A stretch of 63,831 bases of DNA, filler included, from 6 parts of 6 records of this genome joined end to end with filler, not necessarily neighbours in it; one strand, 5' to 3'; positions 48,501 through 58,702 are shown, counted from the whole stretch's first letter. Made by a program: numbers and translations. Notes: generated by a model not told the origin, from the letters alone.

Positions 48501-51500
48501 CACATCAACAGGCATAGAGCCGTCGCCGTGGATAAAGAATTTGAGGCGTTTATAGAAGAAGACATCCAGATTGTTAAAGAAACGCACAGCCGTACGCTCT
48601 TCTCCAACCGGCAAGTTTTCTACGCAGATAGAAAGTGACTGCTCGTTAAGACGCACATCCTGCGTTGGATCAGGGTTGTTTAACTGTCGCGGTGCCGTTA
48701 CACCAGGCGGCATTTCGTAGAAATCAGGTGCGCCGCTGTTTTCTTCAACACTAACAAAAGCAATCTGAATAGTCGTATCGGTTTCGCTTTCCGATGGCGG
48801 CGCTTCAAATCGCTGCCACTGCGAACCGGCCAGACGCCACTCTGCAATCCGTCCCTTAAACGTCCCACCTTTCCACCAAACGCGAACGTATTGAACATTG
48901 GAAAACAGCGGACTGCCTTCGCTCTCGCGCGGCCCGCGAATGGGAATCCGGTAGAGTAACCAGGGATCGTTACCACCAACAATCTGCGGGTTCGTATTTG
49001 GGTTGCGGTCCAGATTAACACGATAGCGGAAGAAGCTGTTGTCCAACATGATCGACTGACCATTATTGTCGTTCAGAATCTCCGTATCCGGGAACTGCCC
49101 GGTCTGTGCAATCGTCGCATTACCTTCAAAGTTGTTAAAGCGCTCAAAGTCCGCCGGCTCATGTGAATCAGGTGTCTTTGTAAAGTCAAAGAAGTAATCA
49201 TCACGCGCCGGATCCTCTTCGTCGCTAAGCGGCGCAGGGTAGAGCTCGCGTTCCAGTTCGTTGGAGAACTGGTCAATTCCAAGGTCCTCGCCGTCGTCAA
49301 TAATATCATTCGGAAACGGCGACTCAGCCGTAAAACCGTCCTCGGTATTGAGCTGCTGATCCGGTATGATATCTTCGCTGATCTGGCCCAGGTCGATGTA
49401 CATCTCCGTTCCCGGCTCATCCTGGTCCACGCGCATCATGATTTCAATGAAATCAATGTTGTCGGTATCAAAGTTTGTGTTGAAGGACGAAAGCAGACGC
49501 TGCATACCACCCCAGATGCGCTCGCGCTGCCCTTCCGGATCCTGGTTGGAATACTTCGTAATTGCCGCAGAATCGGTATAGACTTCGTTGCGATTATAAA
49601 TCCCACGGTGATCCGGAATAAACCAGATGTTGAGGTCACTCAAGTTTGAGTTCCCAACCACAAAGTCACGGTCCGGATATACTTCGGCTATTGGCGTGCG
49701 CGCAATAAAGTAGCGCCACCAGTACAGCTGTCCACGGAAACTTTGCACATCAACAAGGTCAGGTGCAATTGTTGTATCCACAGGCGGCGAACTGTGCTGC
49801 CACTGTGTGGCCGTCAGGCCCAGCGGAATGTAGCGCTGCGCGCCTTCAAAGTCATCGATGTATGCAACGGACTCACCGTCATCGTCTGGTATCTCAGATT
49901 TTTTCTTGTTGGGGTCAGGCAACATCCAGGCCACTTCACCACGGACTGTCAGGCTCGAAGGCTCTTTGACATCCAGGAATGGAATTTTATCCAGCGTCCT
50001 TGTGATAGCGTCCGAAGTCCAGGTAAACTGGCCATCAAAACCGATCATGCTGTTGCTGACGGGCTCTTCGCCAACCTGAACGCGGTCAACTTGCAGAGCC
50101 TGATCAAAGAACATAGCCGTGAAGCCAAGATTACTTTTTACCTCGCGAGACCGCAGCAGATAGTTCATGTCCAGGTCGGCGCGTATCCCCAGCAAAGTTC
50201 GCGTACTGAGGTTGAAGATGTCATTCTGCTCGTATTCAATTGTCACGTTGGCATTGGGCAGTGATGCCTGCGGATTGCGCAGCGTCACCGTGCCGGAAAA
50301 ATACTCAACCGTATAGTCAGCGCCTTCGCGCAGTGGCTGACCGTCCAGCGTTACGCGCACACTTCCCTGCGGAATATTAAAGCCGTTGGGCAGCGTAATT
50401 CGAGCACCGGAGCTACCGGAAGCTTCACCGGAAATCAGGAACCTGTCGCGTTCCGTTTGCTGGCGCGCCACTTCTTTAGTCGTGTCATAAACGGCACCAA
50501 AGGTGTAACGCTCGGCCTGCGTCCTGTTAAGTCCGGGAGTGTTGCCAAAATATTCAAAGAGCTGATCGCGGAAAGGTTCCAGATTCGGGAACATGATCTC
50601 GCCGCGTTCTCTGTTAAAGATGAATGGATTGCGCACATCAAACAGACCGTCGGGATTGGCATCACCGGATTCATTGTTGATGCGGTCTACACCCAGAATC
50701 GTCACGATTTTTTCCGGTGCACCCTGGAGCACATCGGCAGAGTCATTAGTATTACGGAAGTACCAAACACTGATGCGCGTCTGATCCAAATTGACATTGT
50801 TGACCGGCAGCGAATAAATGTTGCGCAGCTGGCGATTCCAGAGCGTATCAAAACCTGGCTGCAGGTTCTGACGGTAAATCAGTCGCAGAGCAATCGTCTC
50901 GTCGGTGCCGACTTCGGATGAGAACTCACCATATTTCAAATCGTCAGTTGCTGTCGGGCCGTTTTCAACGCGGAATGCTACAGCATAGGTGCGGTCGCGG
51001 CGCAAGCTCAGGATCGTCACAATCCCCAACTCTTCGTCAAACTCATAAGCATCGGCCGTCAGACGGCGGAAACTTCCACGCTCGACCGTTCCCAGGTCCA
51101 CTTCTCTGTTACGCACCGTGGCATCGTATCGATTGCCGACCGGAATTGGAGCAATGTCCGCGATTGCGACAGCTTCTTTGGCATCCGAGCCGGCGGCATC
51201 TGGTGCCGAACGCACACTTTCCCAGACTTCGATTTCCTTAATGCGCAGGTCGCCAAAGCTGGCCGGAATAATCCGTGTACCGCTGGAATAGGCCTGTCTG
51301 AAAGCTTCTTTGTACTCTGAATCCAGAAAGAAGTGATTCTCAGCATAGTCGTACGCGTGGAGATTAAAGGTCTGGGCCAGACGGCCACCTTTCAATTCCA
51401 CAAAACGACGCTGACCACGTTTCTGTGATGCGATAGTCTTTAGATATACCGGACCAAACTGGAAATCGGCGGCGACACCAAAGAGCGCCTGTGAACCGCC

Positions 51501-52490
51501 AATGAGGGTTGACCCCGTATTCAGCTGAACATTACCGACCTCAACTTTTTTGATGATGTCATCATCATACCCCTCAAATCCAACGCGGAAGCGGTTGTCA
51601 AATTCAAACTGACGACGTGAACTCCAGTCGACGCCCAGGTTAAATTTGTCGCCAATGCGCCCGTTGACCGCAACTTTAATGTCCTGATTAAAGATTGGTC
51701 CCGATTGCGTCTGGCCAAATGCCGAGTTGGTACCCAGGTTCTGTGAATCCCAGCGCCAACCACCAGTGACGTTAACTTCGCCACTGACATTAATACTGAT
51801 TTCGGGTTTGCCGAAGAGGCCGGAGAGAGGATTTGGTGGAATTGGGATTACCAGGTTGGTGGCCTGGTTGAGGATATTCGAAAGCTCGTCGCTGCTGAGC
51901 GCTTTATCCAGATCGTAGTAATGTGCGATCGAATCAGAAATGTCTCGTTGAATAAAATCTTGGCGGCGTTGAATATACTCGTCAAGATCTAGCGATTGCG
52001 GTTCGCTGTATGGGCTGTCGTAAATCGATTCACTTACGCGAAGTCTGTTACGTGCAGCATCGATGTCCACCGAGTATTGCACGTCCGGTGGAACAAGCGG
52101 AACAATGCTTCTACCGCTGCGCCCTTTCGTTGCCCCAGCACCGGTCGTCCGCAAACGCAAGGAATCAGCTGGAGTGATAAAAGGACGCAGGGAGTCGAGT
52201 CTGGTACGGCGTGCTGAACTGTCGGCCGCTTGCGGCTTTGGCAGCGGCAGCGCCATGGCGGCAGCCTTGATTAAGGCAGTCGGAACTTTTGTGTACGCCC
52301 AGACCTCGGTAACAGGTGTGGGGGCAATTGATATGCCTTGGGCCAGCGGAGCAGAATGCAGACTGGGCGGGCCAGAAAGTAGCATTCCGCTGCAACATAG
52401 GCACAGCACACAGATCAGCGCGTAAACGCTGGGTCGGCAGGACGGTCCAGGACCGTTTGTTTTATATGGGATGACTTGCAAACTCTTCAC
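45525..52490 (-). CDS. sprA: Type IX secretion system outer-membrane translocon SprA/Sov
   Basis: 2321 aa; G.IGDK, EGYDDDIIKKVEVGNV, GGSQALFG, AYIDDFEG, IDLGQISED, W..YRIP, NEQSL, WVNELRL, beta-barrel-like C-terminus. Confidence 0.92.
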   Translation of the reverse strand: MKSLQVIPYKTNGPGPSCRPSVYALICVLCLCCSGMLLSGPPSLHSAPLAQGISIAPTPVTEVWAYTKVPTALIKAAAMALPLPKPQAADSSARRTRLDSLRPFITPADSLRLRTTGAGATKGRSGRSIVPLVPPDVQYSVDIDAARNRLRVSESIYDSPYSEPQSLDLDEYIQRRQDFIQRDISDSIAHYYDLDKALSSDELSNILNQATNLVIPIPPNPLSGLFGKPEISINVSGEVNVTGGWRWDSQNLGTNSAFGQTQSGPIFNQDIKVAVNGRIGDKFNLGVDWSSRRQFEFDNRFRVGFEGYDDDIIKKVEVGNVQLNTGSTLIGGSQALFGVAADFQFGPVYLKTIASQKRGQRRFVELKGGRLAQTFNLHAYDYAENHFFLDSEYKEAFRQAYSSGTRIIPASFGDLRIKEIEVWESVRSAPDAAGSDAKEAVAIADIAPIPVGNRYDATVRNREVDLGTVERGSFRRLTADAYEFDEELGIVTILSLRRDRTYAVAFRVENGPTATDDLKYGEFSSEVGTDETIALRLIYRQNLQPGFDTLWNRQLRNIYSLPVNNVNLDQTRISVWYFRNTNDSADVLQGAPEKIVTILGVDRINNESGDANPDGLFDVRNPFIFNRERGEIMFPNLEPFRDQLFEYFGNTPGLNRTQAERYTFGAVYDTTKEVARQQTERDRFLISGEASGSSGARITLPNGFNIPQGSVRVTLDGQPLREGADYTVEYFSGTVTLRNPQASLPNANVTIEYEQNDIFNLSTRTLLGIRADLDMNYLLRSREVKSNLGFTAMFFDQALQVDRVQVGEEPVSNSMIGFDGQFTWTSDAITRTLDKIPFLDVKEPSSLTVRGEVAWMLPDPNKKKSEIPDDDGESVAYIDDFEGAQRYIPLGLTATQWQHSSPPVDTTIAPDLVDVQSFRGQLYWWRYFIARTPIAEVYPDRDFVVGNSNLSDLNIWFIPDHRGIYNRNEVYTDSAAITKYSNQDPEGQRERIWGGMQRLLSSFNTNFDTDNIDFIEIMMRVDQDEPGTEMYIDLGQISEDIIPDQQLNTEDGFTAESPFPNDIIDDGEDLGIDQFSNELERELYPAPLSDEEDPARDDYFFDFTKTPDSHEPADFERFNNFEGNATIAQTGQFPDTEILNDNNGQSIMLDNSFFRYRVNLDRNPNTNPQIVGGNDPWLLYRIPIRGPRESEGSPLFSNVQYVRVWWKGGTFKGRIAEWRLAGSQWQRFEAPPSESETDTTIQIAFVSVEENSGAPDFYEMPPGVTAPRQLNNPDPTQDVRLNEQSLSICVENLPVGEERTAVRFFNNLDVFFYKRLKFFIHGDGSMPVDVTPGATPPAEAYLRFGTDSLNYYEFSRPLTQGWTAVDIPLQELTGIKQQRDENLADRRQEFAAPNDPLATYAIRGYPTLTNLQLFGFGIRNPDGNQPNELSTCMWVNELRLINAEDRADLSWFVNSQLKLSDFGNASFNYRQVDPNFHRLEEKFGNRIQRREWAFNFSASLEKFLPNDWRGAAIPFTMTHNERLENPEFVAQSDLNLEEAALAAERSVLDQNGTVEEAQRAGERVRQQSETVIVEDSWALTGVRLGLPSNDWYIRDLFNRVTVGYSQSQRFERSPVVSERRQWQWDLTTKYNITIPPNFTLKPLSFFEGIPVLGWYKDFQISLLPSNFSTGLTMSRGRTTEQSRFLDIPSPVVRRFSANRDAQLSWKLTEGGLLNTTLDYSFNAASTLVGFEVDENNQQRSGGDIFSKVFLSDGKFLDLGRDISYDQNVTLNFKPAVPPILGIERFLTATGSFSTNYTWDNQLQNDLSIEDITKDATFNNTIRFGLNFRLKSLADDWWGIENTARSRFTGRGRNNPARDTTASDTTDSGEGGLFTTAGLIFKTIFLDYDNVTVNFRQNNTARNPGILGANGMNNFLWGAPLFRGDKDINGPSAAYQLGLISNPHGGFKMTSSSAFPFIAFETFPGKRPGNATLQDNFTQQNEIELRTSRPLWDRATLDLNWRSQFGVNRNQTVTTDGDGVPTFSNVTVRESYNRTFLTLPRWFGLGLFGADVGDVVDEYNNRRADIEAAEQDTLVRNERLAQALAESFTDEMESFTFLPNPLRRILPRLNWTLRWEGLEDFWFFGGLARRVSLEHRYQSTYQENILVNDQGREIEAQSIDMSFQPLIGINFQFDQEKLDGNLSAKLRYNTRTTYRVSSAGRSINEDNTNDFSLEMSYAKRGFEFPLFGMNLENDVEFGFTASWRNTARAVYDIDDIDNPDGNRLDGNTQIVIEPSARYTISRRVRARGFFRYEANLNEGAATPGNTVTQVGLELSISIAGGR

Positions 52491-52813
52491 GACAGCAGAA
52501 TTCCTCTACCTCAAATATACCGATTATCTTCGCCGGGAGCACTATGCTGGACAAGTTGTTTCACGACCAGTTCAGAGTGAACGGTCCAAGCCAACGTCAA
52601 TAGAACGTCAGTTACAACATGCCGGACTTAGGACGGATGCTATGAGTTACAATAGTGATACTGCAAATCTTGCATACGTTAAAAATCGGTATCAATTAAG
52701 ATCGATAGAAGATCCTTGCCAATTGAGGAAGGCCGCAGAGGGCCTTATTGAGTGTATTGAATGCGACAAATGTACAAGAGCGCTGTATCATTGTAAAGGG
52801 AAAAAAAACAACC

Positions 52814-54304
52814 CTAGTTTGCCGACGATGTTTTGATGAACCCAGATACCACCTGCGCGTCACTGAAATCGAGGCGCTCAGAGCCAATTAGCTGATACGT
52901 TTCATGGCCTTTCCCGGCGATAAGAACGGTGTCTCCCGCCTGTGCTGATGCCATTGCACGCCTGATTGCACTTCCGCGATCCACACAAACCTCCAGGCTT
53001 CCGGCAAAAGTGTCGGGAATGCCTGCCTGAATATCTTTGACGATGTTTTCAGGCGCTTCGCTACGTGGATTATCATTCGTCAAAATTATCTGATCGGCTG
53101 ATTCAGCCGCTGCACGTCCCATTTGCGGACGTTTTCCGGCGTCGCGATCGCCGCCGCAGCCGAACACACAAATCAAATTCGCCTGGGGCGGCAGGGCGGC
53201 GCGGCAGGCGCTCAGTACATTTGCGAGCGCATCCGGTGTGTGCGCATAATCAACGATGGCTTGCGCACCGTTTGGAAGCGCAAATTGCTGCATACGCCCC
53301 GGTGCAGCAGGAGCCGTTGCCAGGCCCTCACGAACCGCAGCGGCCTCAATCCCAAGTTGCAGGCACAGCGCTGCAGCACCGCTCGCGTTCATCACATTAA
53401 ATGCTCCTGGAAGCTGGATATCGATTGGGAGGTTCAGTTCCACACCTTTTTGACTCAGCTGCAGGCTAAACTGTGTTCCATCGGGACGCGGCTGTTCCTG
53501 CAAAATTCGTACATCCGCAGCGTGGCTGCGGCCATAGGTCAAAACTTCAGTCTGGCCGACGGCGGAGATAAATTCGGCTGCATGCAGATCATCCGCATTT
53601 ATAGCAGCCGCGCCCTCGGCAGGCAGACCACTAAACAAGAGACGCTTGGCATTGATATAGTCGCGCATGCCACCGTGAAAGTCCAGATGGTCGCGCGTGA
53701 TATTGGTGAAAAGTGCGCCTTCAAAGGTGATGCCGGCCACGCGTTCCTGTGCCAGAGCATGTGAGCTAACCTCCATGACCACCCATTGCACACCGGCTTT
53801 TACAATCCGCGCCAGGAGCTGAGCCAGCGCCGGCTGCTCGGGCGTCGTGAACCCGGAGTTTTCGTGCGCGTCCAGAATGATATTCCCCGTAGTGCCAATA
53901 ACTGCCACGCGCGCACCGGCAGCCTTCAAAATTGACCGCACAATGTAGGTGCAGCTGGTTTTGCCATTTGTGCCGGTGATACCAATGAAACGCAATTGCT
54001 GCTGCGGCTGACCGTGAAAACGGAGCGACAGCTCAGCCAGGACCTGGCGGCTATCGGCCACGCGCAGATATGTAATGTCTGGTTTTAATGTTGCCGGCAG
54101 GGTCTGGCACACAATTGTCTGCGCTCCAGCGTCAATGGCTGCGTCAATGAAAACGTGGCCATCGTTGTGTGTCGTTTCAACTGCAACAAAAAGTGCCGCG
54201 CTGCGACAGGCGCGCGAGTCAACTTCTACAGCAGATATCTGGCGCTCCAGGCTGCCAATTTGCTGTAGGACAGCAGTTGTTTCAAGTAAGCGTTGTAGTT
54301 TCAT
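52814..54304 (-). CDS. murE: UDP-MurNAc-L-Ala-D-Glu--mDAP ligase
   Basis: GITGTNGKTS, TTP, MEVSSHAL, TNITRDHLDFH, VDYAHTPD, GCGGDRD, DNPR, AGKGHE. Confidence 0.96.
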   Translation of the reverse strand: MKLQRLLETTAVLQQIGSLERQISAVEVDSRACRSAALFVAVETTHNDGHVFIDAAIDAGAQTIVCQTLPATLKPDITYLRVADSRQVLAELSLRFHGQPQQQLRFIGITGTNGKTSCTYIVRSILKAAGARVAVIGTTGNIILDAHENSGFTTPEQPALAQLLARIVKAGVQWVVMEVSSHALAQERVAGITFEGALFTNITRDHLDFHGGMRDYINAKRLLFSGLPAEGAAAINADDLHAAEFISAVGQTEVLTYGRSHAADVRILQEQPRPDGTQFSLQLSQKGVELNLPIDIQLPGAFNVMNASGAAALCLQLGIEAAAVREGLATAPAAPGRMQQFALPNGAQAIVDYAHTPDALANVLSACRAALPPQANLICVFGCGGDRDAGKRPQMGRAAAESADQIILTNDNPRSEAPENIVKDIQAGIPDTFAGSLEVCVDRGSAIRRAMASAQAGDTVLIAGKGHETYQLIGSERLDFSDAQVVSGFIKTSSAN

Positions 54305-54373
54305 CAATTCCGGTTTGATAGTTGGAATTTCTGGCAGTTCAGGGTAAAATTACGACAAGATTGGCAGGGACGC

Positions 54374-55630
54374 ATGAATTTCAGAGTTACCATCAAGACA
54401 TTCCTTCTGTTTATCTGTGCACTCACAGGCGCACATTCCAGTTTGACAGCGCAGGAGCTGCGTCTTTCCCAGCCGATTGAAGGTGAATACCTCAAAGATT
54501 TCTACATCGTCAATTATGTAGATCAAAGTGAGCCGGGCGCGATTCTGGATGGCCACTGCGGCTCAAAAACCTACGATGGCCATGAAGGCACCGACTTTGT
54601 GCTGCGCAATTTTGCACAGATGGATGCAGGCGTAAATGTACTGGCCGCAGCACCAGGCGACGTGATCGTTGTGGTTGACTCCCTGTTTGATCGCAACAAA
54701 GTCGGCAATGACGGGCAGCTGGGTAACTACGTAGGAATTGCACATGCAAATGGCATTTTCACCTATTATGCACACCTACGCACCAAATCGGCTACCGTAA
54801 AGGTCGGCCAAACTGTAGAGACTGGTGATGTCCTGGGCCTCGTGGGCAGCTCCGGTAACTCGACGGATCCACATCTGCACATGGAAGTCTGGCGCCAGGA
54901 TAGTACCGTGATCGACCCATTCAGCGGCACCTGCGGCGATGGGACGTCCTGGTGGGCCGAAGAGCTGCCATACAATGACGAACTGCTGCTGCTTGACGTC
55001 GGCATAGTCAACGGCACAACCACGCTGGATGAACTGCGCGAGCGGCCCGCGACTGTAGAGCGCTTTACTCCCGAATCCAGCGAACAAATCAGTTTCTGGG
55101 TACAGCAGTCAGGCATTCGCGATGGCGACGTCTCCAGAATTGACTGGCTGCAGCCGGACGGTAGCCTGTGGTTCACGTTTGAGACGACCAGCGAACGCGA
55201 CTTTTGGTTCTTTTACTGGTGGTCATTCATTGATTACCCCGCCACGGGCCAAACCGGGGAGTGGACCGCGCGTTATTCGGTCAATGAGGAAGTCATCACG
55301 ACTCAAGAATTTGAGGTTGGTAGAACCACGTCGGTGGAAGCGAGTGGCACGGAACGCCCAGACGGCTTGCGTCTGTATGCAGCTGAACGCGAGATACGCT
55401 TAAGTAACAATGCCTCAGCGGACAATATCGCAATGCTGCAACTTGAACTGACGGTGCATGATTTAAGTGGACGCCTGCTGACAAAATTGCCCCTGGCCTC
55501 ACTTGGCAATCGCGACGGTGCGATTCAGCACTACGCAACTATTCCACAGCACCTGGACGGCAAGCTGCTGCTGAGCCTGACAATTGACAGCCAACGCGTT
55601 TCAATGCTTCACTTTGTGAGTCCAGACTGA
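54374..55630 (+). CDS. Secreted M23 peptidase-domain protein with a possible T9SS C-terminal signal
   Basis: Signal peptide; H.GTD, YAHL, GNST.PHLH.E; C-terminal 'VHDLSGRLL...G.LLL'. Confidence 0.85.
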   Translation: MNFRVTIKTFLLFICALTGAHSSLTAQELRLSQPIEGEYLKDFYIVNYVDQSEPGAILDGHCGSKTYDGHEGTDFVLRNFAQMDAGVNVLAAAPGDVIVVVDSLFDRNKVGNDGQLGNYVGIAHANGIFTYYAHLRTKSATVKVGQTVETGDVLGLVGSSGNSTDPHLHMEVWRQDSTVIDPFSGTCGDGTSWWAEELPYNDELLLLDVGIVNGTTTLDELRERPATVERFTPESSEQISFWVQQSGIRDGDVSRIDWLQPDGSLWFTFETTSERDFWFFYWWSFIDYPATGQTGEWTARYSVNEEVITTQEFEVGRTTSVEASGTERPDGLRLYAAEREIRLSNNASADNIAMLQLELTVHDLSGRLLTKLPLASLGNRDGAIQHYATIPQHLDGKLLLSLTIDSQRVSMLHFVSPD

Positions 55631-55833
55631 GAGTTTCAAAAACGAGACTTCAGCACAATTGCCAAGCGAATTGAAATTACTTAAAATGTTTGCGGCTGAC
55701 GGATCAGCGCAAAACATAATCGCCTTTAAAAAAGCCTGTAAAATATTGAAGTTTGGGCCGCGGTGAACGCGGGCGAAGTGGATAACAAGCCCGGCCAGGA
55801 AAATCCCGATTTAATGTTTTGAATTGCGGAATT

Positions 55834-55863
55834 TTTGATTGCGGAGGGTGCGGTGTATTTTTG
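55834..55863 (+). promoter_or_regulatory. Possible Bacteroidota/Chlorobiota-type promoter (TTTG ... TAnnTTTG)
   Basis: TTTG at 55834-55837 and TATTTTTG at 55856-55863, upstream of the helicase. Confidence 0.35.
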
Positions 55864-55906
55864 GCGCCCGTGTGAAGGCACGCATTTTGCGGCAAAGTGA
55901 AAATAG

Positions 55907-57751
55907 TTGGATTCTATGGCCGATATTTCCATACGTACGGATGCTACCGAGGTGACTGCGCCGGCAGATGCTGATGCGGTGGAAATGTGGCAGGGTGAAT
56001 TGCCTGGAATTCGGACGAAACGCGGGTTTAAGTTTCGGCAGGGCCAGGATTCATTTTTGCGGAAATTTGCGGCAGCGTTAAAACTCGGAGATTATTACCA
56101 CCTGGGTGTTTTTGTACCGGGTTATGGAAAAACGATCACGGCACTTTCGTCCTTTGTTGTTGCGAACGCAATGGGTTTAGCGCAAAAGTTAATCGTGTTT
56201 GTCCCGCGGGGAAATCTGCGCGATCAGTATGCTGACCCACGGGAACTTGCGCAATTATTTCACAATATTGGCGCACCGCGATTTAGCTTTTGTGTAGCGG
56301 ATTCACAACGCGTTTTTCTTAAAAATCGCAGCACACAAATAATTATCACGACCTATCAATATGCGAGTGGTGCATCGGGAAATCGCGCGTTAAAAGAAGT
56401 ATGTGAAAACAGCGACTGCATGTTTGTTTTTGATGAAGTCCACCACTTAAGTGATGACGGCACCTGGGCCGAAAGCATTCAACGTTTACCGTTTAGAACA
56501 AGTGTTGCGCTCTCGGGCACACCGATGCGTTCGGACAATAAATCGCTATTTGGCGTACCGTTCCAACAGGGCATTGACGGGCAGGCTTACTACCGCGCCC
56601 TGCACGAAGTTAACATGCGCGATGCACACACGGAAGGCAAGATCCTCAAACGCGTTAAAGCCCACGTAGTTGACTACAACATAGTGTTAACAAACTCATT
56701 AACATTTCAGCGTGTGGAGATGCCACTCTCCAAGATGATGGAGATCGCCAAGAACAAAAATGAGCTGGACACGTTCCTGGCGCGGCGGCAGTTACGGTTT
56801 CATGAAGTTTACCTGGAAACACTGCTGCAGCCTGCCTTCGAGCAGTTTGAGCACAAGCGTCGGCAGCTGGACGCATATCTGGAGCACAGGGGCAAATCCG
56901 GCGGGCGCAACTGCCAGATGTTAATCATTGCGATGAGCAACAAACATGCTGCTGCAATTCACGAATTTGTGCAAAAACGCTTCAGGAATTACAGTTCTAC
57001 GCGCATTGGCCAGGACGTTCCCGAACGCGAGCGTTTAAAACGTCTGGAGGAATATCGCTCCGGCCAGGTAGACGTCATGGTCCAGGTGGACATGATTGGA
57101 GAGGGCACGGATATTAAAACAATTAGTTTAATTGTTAAGGCCGATCTGGTGCGCGCATATTCAAAAACGATGCAGCAAATTTTCCGTGGCATGCGCTGGT
57201 ACAAAGACTTTGACGCCAGGTCTAATGTCTGCGACATTTACGCTTCAAATGATGCAGAACTCGTTAAAATTCTGGAATGGATTACGAGCGAAGAAAAGAT
57301 TGGAATTAAAGGCAAGGAAGTGCGCGAGGACCTGGACCTTTTGCCGGGGGAATCGAAGGGGCCGGCACAGCCGCAGTGGGAGTTAACAGGTGTAGCACAC
57401 CACAACACAGAATCACATAACCTGGAACTGTTTCCTGGTTTTGGAATTGACCCCGATGCGCCACCGCCGAAGCGCGAATCTGTTAACATGGACGACGAGG
57501 AAGAGGAGTTCGAACCTGGCCAGGTTTTGGATGTAGCCGCGCGCGAAAATCAATTGCGTCAGGAGTGTTCGGGTTTAGCGGCGCGCCTGGCTTTTACTAT
57601 GCAGTCGGACGGCAAAAAGACGGATGTGCGTTTAGTGCATTCGGCGGCGATGCGTCGTTTTGGCAAGGCGCAGGAGCTAATGAGTCTGGACGAGCTGCGC
57701 AAGAAATACTCCTGGCTGCAGTCTTGTGTGGCGGCGCGGCGCATCATTTAA
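55907..57751 (+). CDS. Superfamily 2 DEAD/DEAH-box (ResIII-like) helicase
   Basis: PGYGKT, DEVHH, LSGTP.RSD, VDMIGEGTDI, variant motif VI QQIFRGMR; start may be ATG 55916. Confidence 0.88.
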   Translation: MDSMADISIRTDATEVTAPADADAVEMWQGELPGIRTKRGFKFRQGQDSFLRKFAAALKLGDYYHLGVFVPGYGKTITALSSFVVANAMGLAQKLIVFVPRGNLRDQYADPRELAQLFHNIGAPRFSFCVADSQRVFLKNRSTQIIITTYQYASGASGNRALKEVCENSDCMFVFDEVHHLSDDGTWAESIQRLPFRTSVALSGTPMRSDNKSLFGVPFQQGIDGQAYYRALHEVNMRDAHTEGKILKRVKAHVVDYNIVLTNSLTFQRVEMPLSKMMEIAKNKNELDTFLARRQLRFHEVYLETLLQPAFEQFEHKRRQLDAYLEHRGKSGGRNCQMLIIAMSNKHAAAIHEFVQKRFRNYSSTRIGQDVPERERLKRLEEYRSGQVDVMVQVDMIGEGTDIKTISLIVKADLVRAYSKTMQQIFRGMRWYKDFDARSNVCDIYASNDAELVKILEWITSEEKIGIKGKEVREDLDLLPGESKGPAQPQWELTGVAHHNTESHNLELFPGFGIDPDAPPPKRESVNMDDEEEEFEPGQVLDVAARENQLRQECSGLAARLAFTMQSDGKKTDVRLVHSAAMRRFGKAQELMSLDELRKKYSWLQSCVAARRII

Positions 57752-58702
57752 GTTTGAATGGATCACTGACTTAACTCTTAACATCAAGCGAATTTCATGG
57801 CGCGAGCTTCCATCGGCTTACCACATTCAGACCAAGCACTTAACACGCGCCTGTGTAGAACGATTAAACGCATTGACTTTTACAGCTCACACAAAACCAA
57901 CTTAACCGATTCCGTTTAAGTTTTAAATCCGGCTTTTGTTAGTTTTCGGGAGAGAAGTCTCAGGCCACTGGGCGACCAGTATTTTTGCTTGGCAGAATTG
58001 GGGTTGATGGTCTGGCGAGAGATCTTGCGACTGCGGAACCGCAAGATGCACATAGGCTTTGGTCGGGCAGGCAAAACTGGGCGAATGGGGGAATCCAGGC
58101 GCGATGTGGGACTTGAGGTTTTGGGTGGCAAGGCTTCTTAAACAATTTGTTTTTGGATGCAGATTTTTGGGTCTTGTTCTATGGGGGAGTTTTGGCTTGG
58201 GGTGAACGGGCGATGGGATGTGTTTAATGGACGGTGATTTGGGTTTAACGGGAAGACCGAGATTTTTGGGCGTAGCTCTGCGTAATCAGAAGCACCCACG
58301 GGGAGCACCCACCGCCGCCACGATGAATAATTTCCTCCAGCACACATTCCACCACCCTATATTTCTACAAGTTAAAAAAGTTAAATCCCTGGGAGTAATG
58401 TATTGGCAAGCCCTTGACCGATATTCGGGCCGTCATTTACAAGTCTAACACTCCCGGGCCGGAAGTTAATGCGCCAAAATTCAAACGGACAGTAATCAGC
58501 CCCTAAACGGTCGGAATTTCAATCTGAACGCAGCAAATTAACAGCCATTAGTTCTAAATGTGTGATGCCACGCCGTAAAAACCGGTTTGAAGTATAACAT
58601 TCAACGATTTGTTAACAGAAGCCGGCGGGTGCAAAAGCTGGATGATGCTGATTCAGCGAAAAACAAAAAGCTTATAAAGCGAGCTACGCAGGAGCGCTGC
58701 AA

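Noticed and set aside
55777..55786. DnaA-box-like AGTGGATAAC
   Set aside because: Single imperfect box with no cluster and no dnaA/gidA context; not enough for an origin call
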